Assembly: GCA_947629765.1 (NCBI GenBank)
Contig: CANREW010000002.1
Coordinates: 2,737 to 66,736, forward strand
Direction of reading: 5' to 3'
Source of the DNA: an uncultured Clostridia bacterium
GTDB lineage: Bacteria; Bacillota; Clostridia; TANB77; CAG-508
DNA length: 64,000 nt
The translations under genes and the position numbers were made by a program. Below are positions 43,445-54,215 of the stretch, in pieces. Every line of letters starts with the position of its first letter. The stretch's first letter is position 1. The notes under the pieces are model-generated. The model made no database searches, was not told the origin of the DNA, and worked only from the letters and a program-made list of their open reading frames with translations.

Positions 43445-44923
43445 TTAGAGAATGATGCAAATAAGTCCACCACTTCCTTCGTTAACAATACGCTCTAAAG
43501 TTTCTTGAAGTTTCATTTGAGCATCTTCTGGCATTCTAGATAATTTATTTTGCAAACCTTCATTAACAAGCTCATGTAAACTTTTACCAAATATATTAGA
43601 TTCCCATATTTTTTTAGGATCGTTTTCAAATTCAGATAACAGATAAGTCACTAATTCTTCAGATTGTTTTTCAGAACCAACAATTGGAGAAACCTCAGTT
43701 GTGATATCTGCTCTAATTAGATGTATACTTGGAGCTTTTGCTTTTAGCTTAACACCAAACTTTGAACCTTGTTTAACCATTTCTGGTTCATCTAAAATAA
43801 GCTCATCTATAGTAGGTGTAACTATTCCATAACCTTTGGCTTTAACTTCTTCTAATGCATAAGCAATCTTATCATACTCTTTTTTAGTAGTTGCAAGAGA
43901 AGTCATAGTTGAGAATAAATCACCTTCATTTGCAACATTTACCCCAGTCATTTCAGTTAAAATTTGATAAAATAAATTATCTTTAAGAGCAATAGTGATA
44001 TTTACATTACCGTCACCCAAATTAATCTCATTTAAAACGGTATTTTGAATGACATCAGTACTCTTGATAGAAGAAAGACTATCGTCAACTTCTTTAAGAA
44101 CAGAAATATTGCTAAATGCTGTTTTAATCTCAGAATAAAGTTCTTGTTTTAGCCAATGTTCATCATTTAAAGAATCAACCCATTTTGGTAAATTTATATT
44201 CATTTGCTCTATCGGAAATTCATATAGAAGTTTGCTAAACATATTGTTTAAATCATCAATAGATAGATTAGAACAATCTGTTGGAAGTACTGCAACTTGG
44301 TATTTCTCCTCTAATTTTTCAGCTAGTTTTTTAGTATATTCGCTGTATGGATCTTCACTATTAAGAACAATTACAAATGGCTTATTAAGTTCTTTAAGCT
44401 CAGAAACAACTCTCTCTTCGGCAGATATATAATCCTCTCTTGGAATATCTGTTATACTACCGTCAGTTGTAACAAGTACTCCAACAGTTGAATGTTCAGA
44501 AATAACTTTTTTAGTTCCAACTTCTGCTGCTGTTTCAAATGGGATTTCTTCATCTGACCATGGAGTTTTTACCATTCTTGGAACATCATCTTCTAAATAC
44601 CCAATAGCATTATTTACTAAGTAACCAACACAGTCTACTAATCTAGTTTTAAAACGAATATTATCACCTAGTGTGATTTCAATAGCCTCATTTGGAACGA
44701 ACTTTGGCTCAGTGGTCATAATCGTACGACCAGCAGCACTCTGAGGAAGTTCATCCTGAGCCCTCTCTCTTTTATATTCATTTTCAATATTTGGAATAAC
44801 TAATAAATCCATAAAATGTTTAATAAAAGTGGATTTACCAGTTCTAACAGGACCCACAACGCCAATATATATATCCCCATCAGTTCTTGACTTAATATCC
44901 TGATACAAACTTAAATTTTCCAT
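43445..44923 (-). CDS. spoIVA: Stage IV sporulation protein A (spore-coat morphogenetic ATPase)
   Basis: 'MENLSLYQDIKSRTDGDIYIGVVGPVRTGKSTFIK' holds the Walker A motif. Length is 492 aa from the ATG preceded by GGAGG; the track's extra 10 N-terminal residues are rejected. Confidence 0.93.
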   Translation of the reverse strand: MENLSLYQDIKSRTDGDIYIGVVGPVRTGKSTFIKHFMDLLVIPNIENEYKRERAQDELPQSAAGRTIMTTEPKFVPNEAIEITLGDNIRFKTRLVDCVGYLVNNAIGYLEDDVPRMVKTPWSDEEIPFETAAEVGTKKVISEHSTVGVLVTTDGSITDIPREDYISAEERVVSELKELNKPFVIVLNSEDPYSEYTKKLAEKLEEKYQVAVLPTDCSNLSIDDLNNMFSKLLYEFPIEQMNINLPKWVDSLNDEHWLKQELYSEIKTAFSNISVLKEVDDSLSSIKSTDVIQNTVLNEINLGDGNVNITIALKDNLFYQILTEMTGVNVANEGDLFSTMTSLATTKKEYDKIAYALEEVKAKGYGIVTPTIDELILDEPEMVKQGSKFGVKLKAKAPSIHLIRADITTEVSPIVGSEKQSEELVTYLLSEFENDPKKIWESNIFGKSLHELVNEGLQNKLSRMPEDAQMKLQETLERIVNEGSGGLICIIL

Positions 44924-45077
44924 CACATACCTCCATAAAAAATGTTTGTACAATTAACTTTATTAATGTATATTAAGGAAAATCTTTAAATATTACAAAA
45001 AAGATAAAAAACCTAAAATTGCATTATCTCCATTAATATTATATAATAAGCATAAATAGGAAAGGAAATACATTAAT

Positions 45078-46343
45078 ATGAAAGTTGTAATAGTAGGTGG
45101 AGGAGCAGCAGGAATGCTCGCAGGTATTGCTTCTGCAAGAAGCGGAAATGAAACCGTTATTTTGGAAAAAATGAATACACTTGGAAAAAAGCTCAGGATA
45201 ACAGGAAAAGGCAGATGCAATATTACTAACAATATAGATATAGAAGAATTCATAGAAAATATTCCAGGAAATGGAAGGTTTCTTTACAGTGCATTTAAAA
45301 ATTTTACAAATAGGGATATTATAAATCTTCTAAAAGAAGAAGGTCTAGATACAAAAGTAGAAAGGGGCAATAGAGTATTTCCAGTAACAGATAATGCCCA
45401 AAGTGTGATAGATGCCTTGTATTCCGTTTTAAAAAAATCAGGAGCAAAAGTAATATGTAATGCAAAAGTTCTGGACTTAATTGTAGAAGAAAATAAGGTA
45501 ACAGGAGTAAATTACATATTAGATGGTAAATGCGAAAACATAAAAGCAGATAAAGTAATACTTGCAACAGGAGGAGTTAGCTATCCTCAAACAGGTTCAA
45601 CTGGTGATGGACAAGAAATCGCTAAAAAATATGGACATACAATAAATGAATTAAGACCAGCACTTGTTCCAATCGAATGTTATGAAAAAGATATTTGCAA
45701 AGATTTGCAAGGATTAAGCCTAAAAAATGTATCAATAAAACTAAAAGACAAAGAAAGGAATAAAACAATATATGAAGATTTTGGAGAAATGTTATTCACT
45801 CATTTTGGAGTTTCAGGTCCTATAATTATAAGCAGTTCTTCACATTTAATTAGATATAAAAATGTAGAAGAATTACTGAAAAAGAGAAATATAGAATTAA
45901 GCATAGATTTTAAACCAGCACTAAGTGAAGAAAAATTAGATTTAAGGATAAGAAGAGATTTTGAAGAGTATAAAAATAAAGATTTTAAAAATAGTTTAGA
46001 CAAATTATTACCTAAAAAAATGATAGAAACTGTTATTAAAATGTCAAAAATAGATCCAGACAAAAAGGTAAATATAATAACAAAAGAAGAAAGAATTAAT
46101 CTTGTAAGATTGCTAAAAGATTTCAAACTAACAGTCAAATGTTTTAGAGGAGTGGAAGAGGCAATCGTCACAGCAGGAGGAATTTCTGTAAAAGAGATAA
46201 ATCCAAAAACTATGGAATCTAAAATAATAAAAGGGCTATATTTTGCAGGAGAGATAATTGATGTAGATGCATATACAGGAGGATTTAATTTGCAAATTGC
46301 ATATTCTACGGGTGTTACTGCTGGAAGAAATATTGAAGAATAA
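45078..46343 (+). CDS. FAD-dependent oxidoreductase, HI0933/YhiN-like family
   Basis: 'KVVIVGGGAAGMLAG' dinucleotide-binding motif and 'ITGKGRCNITN'. Confidence 0.8.
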   Translation: MKVVIVGGGAAGMLAGIASARSGNETVILEKMNTLGKKLRITGKGRCNITNNIDIEEFIENIPGNGRFLYSAFKNFTNRDIINLLKEEGLDTKVERGNRVFPVTDNAQSVIDALYSVLKKSGAKVICNAKVLDLIVEENKVTGVNYILDGKCENIKADKVILATGGVSYPQTGSTGDGQEIAKKYGHTINELRPALVPIECYEKDICKDLQGLSLKNVSIKLKDKERNKTIYEDFGEMLFTHFGVSGPIIISSSSHLIRYKNVEELLKKRNIELSIDFKPALSEEKLDLRIRRDFEEYKNKDFKNSLDKLLPKKMIETVIKMSKIDPDKKVNIITKEERINLVRLLKDFKLTVKCFRGVEEAIVTAGGISVKEINPKTMESKIIKGLYFAGEIIDVDAYTGGFNLQIAYSTGVTAGRNIEE

Positions 46344-46356
46344 TATGGAGGTATAG

Positions 46357-46980
46357 ATGTTTAAAACTATAAAAGAAGATACAGAAGCAATTGTTATAGA
46401 AAAAAAGTCTAAGTTTATTGCAAATGCTTTTTATGTAGAAAGTGAAGAACAAGTCGCTCAAATACTAAATAAAATACGTAAGAAACATTATGAAGCGAAA
46501 CATCATTGCTATGCATATAGAATACAAGATAAAGACAATATCATAAAAAGACAAAGTGATGATGGGGAGCCTTCTGGAACAGCAGGAATGCCTATTATGA
46601 ATATATTAGAAAAAAAGGATTTGACCAATATACTTGTCATAGTAACAAGATATTTTGGAGGGATACTTTTAGGAACAGGAGGACTATCTAGGGCTTATTC
46701 AGAGGCAACTAAAAAGGCATTAGAGGTATCTTGCGAAGCAGAAAAAGAAGAAGGATATATTGTAGAAGTTATATTAGATTATAACTATACAGAAGAGCTT
46801 GAACATTTTTTAAGATATAACAATATAAACATAATAGAAAAACAATATGATGAAAAAGTAAAAATGTTATTAGAAATAAATAAGACAAAATTCGACAAAT
46901 TATTACAAAAAAATTCAAACGAAAATTTACAAAAATTGGAAATAAATATTAAAGAAGAAAAATATATAACTAAGTCATAA
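46357..46980 (+). CDS. YigZ/IMPACT-family protein
   Basis: 'KSKFIANAF..AKHHCYAYRI....DDGEPSGTAG.PI..VTRYFGGILLGTGGL' conserved blocks. Confidence 0.8.
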   Translation: MFKTIKEDTEAIVIEKKSKFIANAFYVESEEQVAQILNKIRKKHYEAKHHCYAYRIQDKDNIIKRQSDDGEPSGTAGMPIMNILEKKDLTNILVIVTRYFGGILLGTGGLSRAYSEATKKALEVSCEAEKEEGYIVEVILDYNYTEELEHFLRYNNINIIEKQYDEKVKMLLEINKTKFDKLLQKNSNENLQKLEINIKEEKYITKS

Positions 46981-47138
46981 AATGTCGAAAAGCCACGATT
47001 ACGGCAATAAAACCGAAAAATAAGAAGACGAAAAAACCAAAAAATTTAAAATAAAAAGTAAAAAACTATTGCCAAATTTTGGAAAATAGAATATAATACC
47101 AAAATGTAAAATATTTACAAATTTATTATAAGGAGGAT

Positions 47139-47964
47139 ATGAGTGTGAGGGAAAAATTGTCGATTTTGGTGGCAGATGATAATGTAGACTTTGCAAATAA
47201 TTTAACTAATTACGTTGAAAAAGAAGATGAAATGGAGGTAATCGGAATTGCAAAAGATGGAATAGAGGCAGTTGAAATGATAAAAAATACGAAACCTGAT
47301 ATTGCAATAATTGATGTGATTATGCCTCGTTTAGATGGGTTAGGAGTTTTAGAAAAAATAAATGACTTAGATATGACTAAAAAGCCACTTTCTATTGTAC
47401 TTTCAGCAGTAGGACAAGATAAGATAACATCAAGAGCACTAGAACTTGGAGCCCAGTACTACATTGTCAAACCATTTGACATCTCTCTTTTAATCAAGAG
47501 AATTAAGGAGCTTAAATTCTATAAGCCTACTCGGAATAAAAAATGTAGGAATAAGTAAAGATTTCAAAACTCCATACATTGACATTTTACCAGAAAAGGG
47601 AAATGATGGAGAAAATTTAGAAGCTTTAGTTACAAACATGATTCACGAGATAGGAGTGCCTGCACATATTAAAGGATATCAATATTTAAGAGAAGCAATA
47701 ATGATGGTAGTAAATGATATAGATATAATTAATCAAATAACGAAGCAACTTTATCCAGACATCGCAAAGAAATTTAAGACGACACCAAGTAGAGTAGAAC
47801 GTGCAATAAGACATGCGATAGAAGTTGCATGGGGAAGAGGACAAGCAGACGTAGTTGAAAGTATATTCGGCTATACAGTATCTGCAACAAAAGGAAAACC
47901 GACGAATAGTGAATTTATCGCAATGATAGCAGATAAGTTAAGATTAGAATTAAAGACTGCATAA
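47139..47964 (+). CDS. spo0A: Sporulation master regulator Spo0A, interrupted by one apparent +1 frameshift
   Basis: A receiver domain ([16 protein letters not shown]) in ORF 47139..47558 and the Spo0A C-domain '[19 protein letters not shown]' in ORF 47638..47964. Skipping C47532 (KFYKPT|[11 protein letters not shown]..) joins them into about 274 aa. Confidence 0.93.
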
Positions 47965-48100
47965 AGAAAAATATGTGAATTTAAAGTGAACTTATTAATT
48001 TGAACAGATTTGTTTAAATTAATGGGTTCATTTTAGTTTTATGAATAGTTAATAAAAAAACTGGTGCAAGTCAGTATGACTTACACCAGCGGGGTATTAA

Positions 48101-48730
48101 TCATTCGAGGAGATCTCTATCGATGATTTCAAAGTTTGCTCTGTGAATATACAAAGCTTTGCCATCAATCATCAATTTTGTCATTTTAGGGAGATCGTCA
48201 GGAATTTCCCAATAAACACTTTCTCCGCTATAAGCACAAATAGGAACTCCTAACTGAGACTGAATGACAACAACCTGAGGTTTTCCAAAGTAGTTTTTGT
48301 ACTTGTTCACAACCTTAGCGACAGATGTTAAACTAGTAAGTGCGTTGCTTTCGGTCCCTTCAATATCGTGCAAACTGAAATCTACATCAGGCTGCAACCC
48401 AGACTCTGCGAAGATAATTGTATTACCACAGCTTTCCATCTGCTTACCATCAATGGTAATGGTTATAACAGAAGATAGAGAATAAGTCGTAGTGTAATGT
48501 CCATCGCTGTCCAATCCAATCTCTTTAGTGCGATTGCCCTGAATATCGATACGTTTGCCAGATGCGTTTAGAAAGTTTGCCCCATAGTTGTCATAGAAAC
48601 TGACGTTATAATAAACACCTATGAGGTCTCCTTTTAGTGAATTTACCTTGCTTCCAAAGAAGTCACATCCAGTTAGTGATACAATAAAAAGTACCACCAA
48701 GACTAACAACAATACCCGCTTTGCTTTCAT
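48101..48730 (-). CDS. Hypothetical lipoprotein
   Basis: Signal peptide plus lipobox 'VSLTGC'. G+C is visibly higher than the neighbours. Confidence 0.6.
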   Translation of the reverse strand: MKAKRVLLLVLVVLFIVSLTGCDFFGSKVNSLKGDLIGVYYNVSFYDNYGANFLNASGKRIDIQGNRTKEIGLDSDGHYTTTYSLSSVITITIDGKQMESCGNTIIFAESGLQPDVDFSLHDIEGTESNALTSLTSVAKVVNKYKNYFGKPQVVVIQSQLGVPICAYSGESVYWEIPDDLPKMTKLMIDGKALYIHRANFEIIDRDLLE

Positions 48731-48937
48731 TATAAAGTCCTCCTATAAATAAAATATTTACTTTGTTGCATATCCTATGAAGCTAAAATTAGGAAAACAA
48801 AAAGTATTTATATAAATATTGTACCATATTTTACATAAAAACTCAAATATAATATGAAAAAACAAGCATTCACACTTGTTTTTTTTCTGCATTCGTTATA
48901 TAATTAACAATTATATAAAGTTACGAGGAGGAAACTT

Positions 48938-49225
48938 ATGAAAGTAGAAAAAGAAGAACTTTTGCATATTGCAAAACTTGCAAATATAAAAATTAATGAT
49001 GACGAAATAGATAACTACTTATTAAATTTGCAAGATATATTAAACTTTGCAAATGTTGTAAATAAGGCTCCAGTAGAAGGCTTAGGAGAAACAATTGGAA
49101 CAAATAATAACTATAATGTATTTAGAAAAGATGAAGTAGTAGAATTTGAAGATCAAGAAAGTTTATTACAAAATGCACCAGAAAAGGAACAGCATATGTT
49201 TAAAATTCCAAAAGTAATTAATTAG
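48938..49225 (+). CDS. gatC: Asp/Glu-tRNA amidotransferase subunit C
   Basis: 95-aa ORF immediately upstream of gatA-gatB, with 'HIAKLANIKINDDE'. Confidence 0.9.
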   Translation: MKVEKEELLHIAKLANIKINDDEIDNYLLNLQDILNFANVVNKAPVEGLGETIGTNNNYNVFRKDEVVEFEDQESLLQNAPEKEQHMFKIPKVIN

Positions 49226-49288
49226 AAATATTTTATAAAAATCCAATGAACTTGGTTGTAAACGATAATTAAAATAGGAGGAAAAAAT

Positions 49289-50771
49289 ATGGATATCACA
49301 GAACTTACAGTGCATGAGTTAAAAGAAAAACTTGATAAATGCGAAATTACATCTGAAGAAATTACTAAAAGTTATTTAAAAAGAATAAATGAAAAAGAAT
49401 CTGATATAAATGCTTTTGTAACAAGACTAGATGAAGATGCAGTAAACAAAGCAAAAGAGATAGATAGTGCAAAAAAAGCAAATAAGAAATTAGGAAAATA
49501 TGCAGGAATTCCAATAGGAATAAAAGATAATATGTGTACAAAAGGAATAAAGACTACATGTTCTTCAAAAATGTTAGAGAATTTCATATCACCTTATGAT
49601 GGAACAGTTGTTAATAAACTATTAAATGAAGAAAATATGATAAATTTAGGCAAACTAAATATGGACGAGTTTGCTATGGGAAGTTCAACTGAAAACTCAT
49701 ATTTTAAGAAAACAAGAAATCCTTGGGATATAGAAAGAGTACCAGGAGGATCATCAGGAGGATCTGCTGCGGCAGTTTCTGCAAATATGGTACCTTGGGC
49801 ACTCGGCTCTGATACAGGAGGAAGTATTCGTCTGCCTGCAGCTCTTTGTGGTGTAGTTGGGCTAAAACCAACTTATGGACTAGTTTCAAGATATGGCTTA
49901 GTTGCATTTGCTTCATCTCTTGATCAAATAGGTCCTATCACAAAAGACGTAAGAGATAGCGCAATTTTACTTTCATTAATTGCAGGAAAAGATGAGAAAG
50001 ACACAACATCTATAGATATACCTAAAAAAGATTATACAGTATTTTTAAAAAATGATGCAAAAGGATTAAGAATAGGAGTGCCAAAAGAATTTTTTGGAGA
50101 AGGTATAAATGAAGAGGTAAAAGATGCTTTATATAAAGCAATGGAAAAATATAGAGAACTTGGTGCAATTGTCGAAGAAACTTCTTTAGACATCGCAGAA
50201 TATGCACTTGCCGCTTACTATATAATTGCTTGTGCAGAAGCTAGCTCAAACCTAGGAAGATTTGATGGCATAAGGTATGGATATAGAACTAAAAATTATG
50301 AAACATTAAAAGATATATTCGTAAATTCAAGAAGTGAAGGATTTGGCCCAGAGGTAAAAAGAAGAATAATACTTGGAACTTACGTATTAAGTTCTGGATA
50401 TTATGATGCGTACTATAAAAAAGCACAACAAGTAAGGACATTAGTAAAAAATGAATTTGCTAAGAATCTAAAAAAATATGATATTCTTCTTACTCCTACA
50501 TCACCAACAACAGCATTTAAAATTGGAGAAAAGTCTGAGAATCCATTAGAGATGTATTTAACAGATATATGTACAGTTTCTGTAAATGTAGCAGGACTTC
50601 CTCGGAATATCAATTCCTTGTGGTTTAGACAAAAATGGTATGCCTGTTGGAATGCAATTAATTGGAAACTATTTTGAAGAAGGAACAATTCTTAATGCAG
50701 CTTATACTTATGAAAATGCAGTGCATTTTAGGGAGAATCATAAACCTACATTTAAAGGAGGTAACAATTAG
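49289..50771 (+). CDS. gatA: Asp/Glu-tRNA amidotransferase subunit A, interrupted by one apparent +1 frameshift near the 3' end
   Basis: Amidase signature '[20 protein letters not shown]'. Skipping C50603 gives VAGLP|[27 protein letters not shown].., ending at TAG 50769..50771, which abuts the gatB ATG. Confidence 0.93.
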
Positions 50772-52208
50772 ATGGCAAGAGATGATTATGAAGTAGTTAT
50801 AGGACTTGAAGTACACGCAGAATTATCTACAAAAACAAAAATATTTTGCTCATGCAAAACAGAATTTGGTGGAGAACCAAACACACATTGTTGCCCAGTT
50901 TGTATGGCAATGCCAGGAGCATTACCTGTTTTAAATGAAAAGGTGCTAGAATATGCAGTTAAAGCAGGACTTGCTATGAACTCCTCAATATCAAGAGATA
51001 GCAAAAATGATAGAAAGAATTATTTTTATCCTGATCTTCCAAAGTCATATCAGATATCACAGTTTGATAAGCCACTTTGTGAACATGGATATGTTGAAAT
51101 TGTAAAACCAGATGGAGAAAAGAAAAAAATAGGAATTACAAGAATTCATATAGAGGAAGATGCAGGAAAATTAAATCATGACGATTATGGAAGAGGAAGT
51201 TTAGTAGACTTAAATAGAGCAGGAGTTCCACTAATAGAGATTGTATCTGAACCAGATATGCGTTCAGTTGCAGAAGCGGACATATATTTAAAGAAGATAA
51301 AATCAATACTTGAATATATAGAAGTATCAGACTGTAAAATGCAAGAAGGTTCTTTGAGAGCAGACGTAAATATATCTGTAAGGAAAAAAGGACAAAAAGA
51401 ATTTGGTACTAGAACAGAAATGAAAAATATGAACTCATTTAAATCTATTTCAAGAGCACTTGAATATGAAATAGAAAGACAAATAGATGTTATAGAAAAT
51501 GGTGGAATAATAGAACAAGAGACATTGAGATGGGACGAGGTTTCAGGAAAAACATTTTCTATGAGAGATAAAGAAGATGCACAAGATTACAGATATTTTC
51601 CAGAGCCAGATTTAGTACCAATAAGACTTTCTGAAGAATATATAGAAAATATTAGAAAAAATCTTCCAGAACTACCTGAAACAAGAAAGCAAAGATATTT
51701 AAGTGAGTATAAACTCACAGAAAAAGAAGCAAATACATTAACAGCATCAAAGTATTTATCAGATTTCTTTGAAAAAGGAGTAAAGATTTCAAACAATCCA
51801 AAAGCAGTATGTAACTGGCTATTATCAGATGTAGCAAGAATTTTAAATGAAAAAGAATTTGAGCCAGAAGATATACCTTTTACACCAGAAGATTTAGCAG
51901 AACTAATTGGATTAATAGATAAAGGTACAATAAGCAGTAAGATTGCAAAGGATGTACTTGAGGAAATGTTTGAAAATCCAAAGAATCCAAGCAAAATTAT
52001 AGAAGAAAAAGGTTGGGTACAAATATCTGATGAAAATGCTATAAAAGAAATTGTTTTGAAAATAATAAGCGAAAATCCTCAATCTGTTTCAGACTTTAAA
52101 AATGGAAAAGATAGAGCATTAGGATTTTTAGTTGGTCAAGCAATGAAAGAAACAAAAGGAAAGGCTAATCCTCAAATGCTAAATACAATGTTTAAAGAAT
52201 TAATGTAA
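50772..52208 (+). CDS. gatB: Asp/Glu-tRNA amidotransferase subunit B
   Basis: 478-aa ORF with 'YEVVIGLEVHAEL.TKTKIFC' and a C-terminal YqeY-like tail. Confidence 0.96.
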   Translation: MARDDYEVVIGLEVHAELSTKTKIFCSCKTEFGGEPNTHCCPVCMAMPGALPVLNEKVLEYAVKAGLAMNSSISRDSKNDRKNYFYPDLPKSYQISQFDKPLCEHGYVEIVKPDGEKKKIGITRIHIEEDAGKLNHDDYGRGSLVDLNRAGVPLIEIVSEPDMRSVAEADIYLKKIKSILEYIEVSDCKMQEGSLRADVNISVRKKGQKEFGTRTEMKNMNSFKSISRALEYEIERQIDVIENGGIIEQETLRWDEVSGKTFSMRDKEDAQDYRYFPEPDLVPIRLSEEYIENIRKNLPELPETRKQRYLSEYKLTEKEANTLTASKYLSDFFEKGVKISNNPKAVCNWLLSDVARILNEKEFEPEDIPFTPEDLAELIGLIDKGTISSKIAKDVLEEMFENPKNPSKIIEEKGWVQISDENAIKEIVLKIISENPQSVSDFKNGKDRALGFLVGQAMKETKGKANPQMLNTMFKELM

Positions 52209-52212
52209 GAAT

Positions 52213-52260
52213 AAAAGCACACTCTTAGAGTTATAAAATAAACCCTAAGAGTGTGCTTTT
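52213..52260. terminator. Bidirectional terminator between gatB and the XRE gene
   Basis: 16-bp perfect stem AAAAGCACACTCTTAG / CTAAGAGTGTGCTTTT. Confidence 0.85.
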
Positions 52261-52263
52261 ACT

Positions 52264-52488
52264 TTATGATTTTTTCTGAACTTCATCATCTGGTATGTAC
52301 TCTAAAAGTTCTGAAACTTCACAATCTAGGGCTTTACAAATATTATTAATTTGACTAATTTCTATACGTTTTGTTTCTTCGTAATACATTTTTGAAACAG
52401 TTGCAGGTCTGATATTAGCAAGCCTAGATAAAGTCTTTTGATTCATCTTATGTTTTCCGAGTAAATCAGAAAGTTTAATTCTAATCAT
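52264..52488 (-). CDS. XRE-family helix-turn-helix transcriptional regulator
   Basis: 74 aa with the HTH segment 'MNQKTLSRLANIRPATVSKMY'. Confidence 0.8.
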   Translation of the reverse strand: MIRIKLSDLLGKHKMNQKTLSRLANIRPATVSKMYYEETKRIEISQINNICKALDCEVSELLEYIPDDEVQKKS

Positions 52489-52745
52489 AAATTGCCCCCA
52501 TTTCTATAAATAAATTTATGAAAATATATTATTTGTTGTATTTTATCATTTTATGCATTAAAATTACAGAAGAAGGGAGAAATATAACGATAGTCGTAAT
52601 AAAAAGCAACTTTTAAGTAAATTTAGTGCAACCAATGGGTAAAGTATAATTAAAGAGTAAAGAAAATATGAAGAATAAATAAAACAAAATTATCCAATAA
52701 TATAAATAAATGTATTTTATGCAGTTTTTCTGAGAGGATGATATA

Positions 52746-53108
52746 ATGCTTAAAAAAATAATTATTGGAATATTTGCTGGAATTATTACTGGTCTTTTTG
52801 GTTCAGGAGGCCGGGATGATACTCGTTCCAGCTTTTACTTTTTTACTTAGTTTAGATGAGAAAAAAGCGAGAGCAACTTCAATAGTATGCATACTTCCAA
52901 TGGTTTGTGCAAGTTCGATTTTTTATTTTAATTCATCATATATAGAACTAGAAACTAGCATAATGTGTGCTATTCGGTGGAATTATCCGGAGGATTTATA
53001 GGTGCAAAACTTTTAAATAAACTTTCAGATAAATATTTAAAAATTTTTTTCACAGCTTTTTTGATTTATGTAGCAATTAGGCTTATTATTCAAGGAGCTA
53101 GCAGTTAA
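52746..53108 (+). CDS. Half-size TSUP (TauE/SafE) permease, interrupted by three apparent +1 frameshifts
   Basis: Skipping C52812, C52975 and C52988 gives MLKKIIIGIFAGIITGLFGSGG|GMILVPAFTF..IMCAI|GGII|GGFIGAKLLNKL.. (about 119 aa, 4 TM helices). Confidence 0.75.
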
Positions 53109-53127
53109 GTTTTTTTAGGAGGTAGAT

Positions 53128-53497
53128 ATGCTAAATATAATTATTGGAATAATCTCTGGAATAGTATCAGGAATGGGAATGCGGTGGAGGAACAATATTA
53201 ATACTTTGTTTAGCACTATTTCTTGGAAAAGATCAACACATAGCACAAGGCGCAAATCTTGTATTTTTTGTACCAACTTCTATAGTTTCTACAATTATAA
53301 ATATAAAGCAAAAATTAGTAGATTGGAAAACAGGAATAACGGTTTCAATTTTTGGAGTAATAGGTGCAATTATTGGCGCAAATGTTTCAGTAAATTTAGA
53401 TACAAATCGATTAAAGCTATATTTTGGTATATTTTTGTTATGCATTGCTGCATTTGAAATTTATTCTATTTTTTTGAAAAAAGAAAAAGCAAAATAA
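53128..53497 (+). CDS. Half-size TSUP (TauE/SafE) permease, interrupted by one apparent +1 frameshift
   Basis: Skipping C53182 gives ..GIVSGMGM|GGGTILILCLALFLGKDQHIAQGANLVFFVPTS.. through the stop at 53495..53497. It has its own RBS, AGGAGG. Confidence 0.75.
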
Positions 53498-53564
53498 GTA
53501 TAGAATTATCCAAAAAAGTTATAATAATATTAATAAATTTTTATTAGGAAGGAATGTGAAATTT

Positions 53565-53705
53565 ATGAAATTTGTAAAAGGTATGGTTATCGGAACTATG
53601 GTATCAGCAGGAATTGCTCTTATGTATATGGAAAGCACAAATAGAACTAAAAAAACAATAATGAAAAAAGGGAAACAGATGGCTAAAAAAATGGGCATAG
53701 TATAA
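53565..53705 (+). CDS. Small membrane protein (46 aa)
   Basis: MKFVKGMVIGTMVSAGIALMYMESTNRTKKTIMKKGKQMAKKMGIV*: one TM helix and a basic tail, with RBS GGAAGGA. It is below the ORF-track cutoff. Confidence 0.4.
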   Translation: MKFVKGMVIGTMVSAGIALMYMESTNRTKKTIMKKGKQMAKKMGIV

Positions 53706-53756
53706 TCACATAAAATAAAAATGTAGAATAGACTAATGTATATGAGGTGACTAAAT

Positions 53757-54111
53757 ATGATAGACTTTATACTTAATACATTAGTCTATATACTTGCAAT
53801 TTACGGACTATTAGAGATTATAAAAACTATTATGTACATAATGAATTATACAAATTTAAGTGAAGACCGGAATATATATAATAGTTGCAGTTAAAAACCA
53901 AGGAAAGAAAATAGAAGGTGTACTTCGTTCAATTTTGTTTAAGATTATGTATGGAAAAGAAGAGATTATAAAAAAGGTAATATTGACTGATTTAGATTCC
54001 AAAGATGACACATTAAAGCATCTAAAAAATTTTAAGAAAGAGAATGACTATGTAGAGGTATCAAAATGGAGAGATTGCAAAGAAATAATAGATATGATAG
54101 ATGATACATAA
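53757..54111 (+). CDS. Hypothetical membrane-anchored protein, interrupted by one apparent +1 frameshift
   Basis: The ATG at 53757 (RBS GAGGTGA) gives MIDFILNTLVYILAIYGLLEIIKTIMYIMNYTNLSED|GIYIIVAVKNQGKK.. when C53868 is skipped, joining track ORF 53860..54111. Confidence 0.5.
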
Positions 54112-54180
54112 TTTATTTAAGGAATTAAGCTAGATAGTTTACAATAAATTAACAATTTTACATTATGTTTACAGAATAAA

Positions 54181-54209
54181 TTGACAAAATTTAGAAATGG
54201 TGCTATAAT
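54181..54209 (+). promoter_or_regulatory. Near-consensus sigmaA promoter driving the GC-rich RNA element
   Basis: TTGACA (54181..54186), a 17-nt spacer and TGcTATAAT (-10 at 54204..54209). Confidence 0.7.
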
Positions 54210-54215
54210 AAAATT

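Noticed and set aside
42601-43488. Long minus-strand ORFs (295, 124 and 81 aa) opposite the acidic repeat region of the LPXTG gene.
   Set aside because: They are mirror images of the GAA/AAA-rich repeat (poly S/F/L). The sense-strand gene has a signal peptide, folded domains and a sorting signal.
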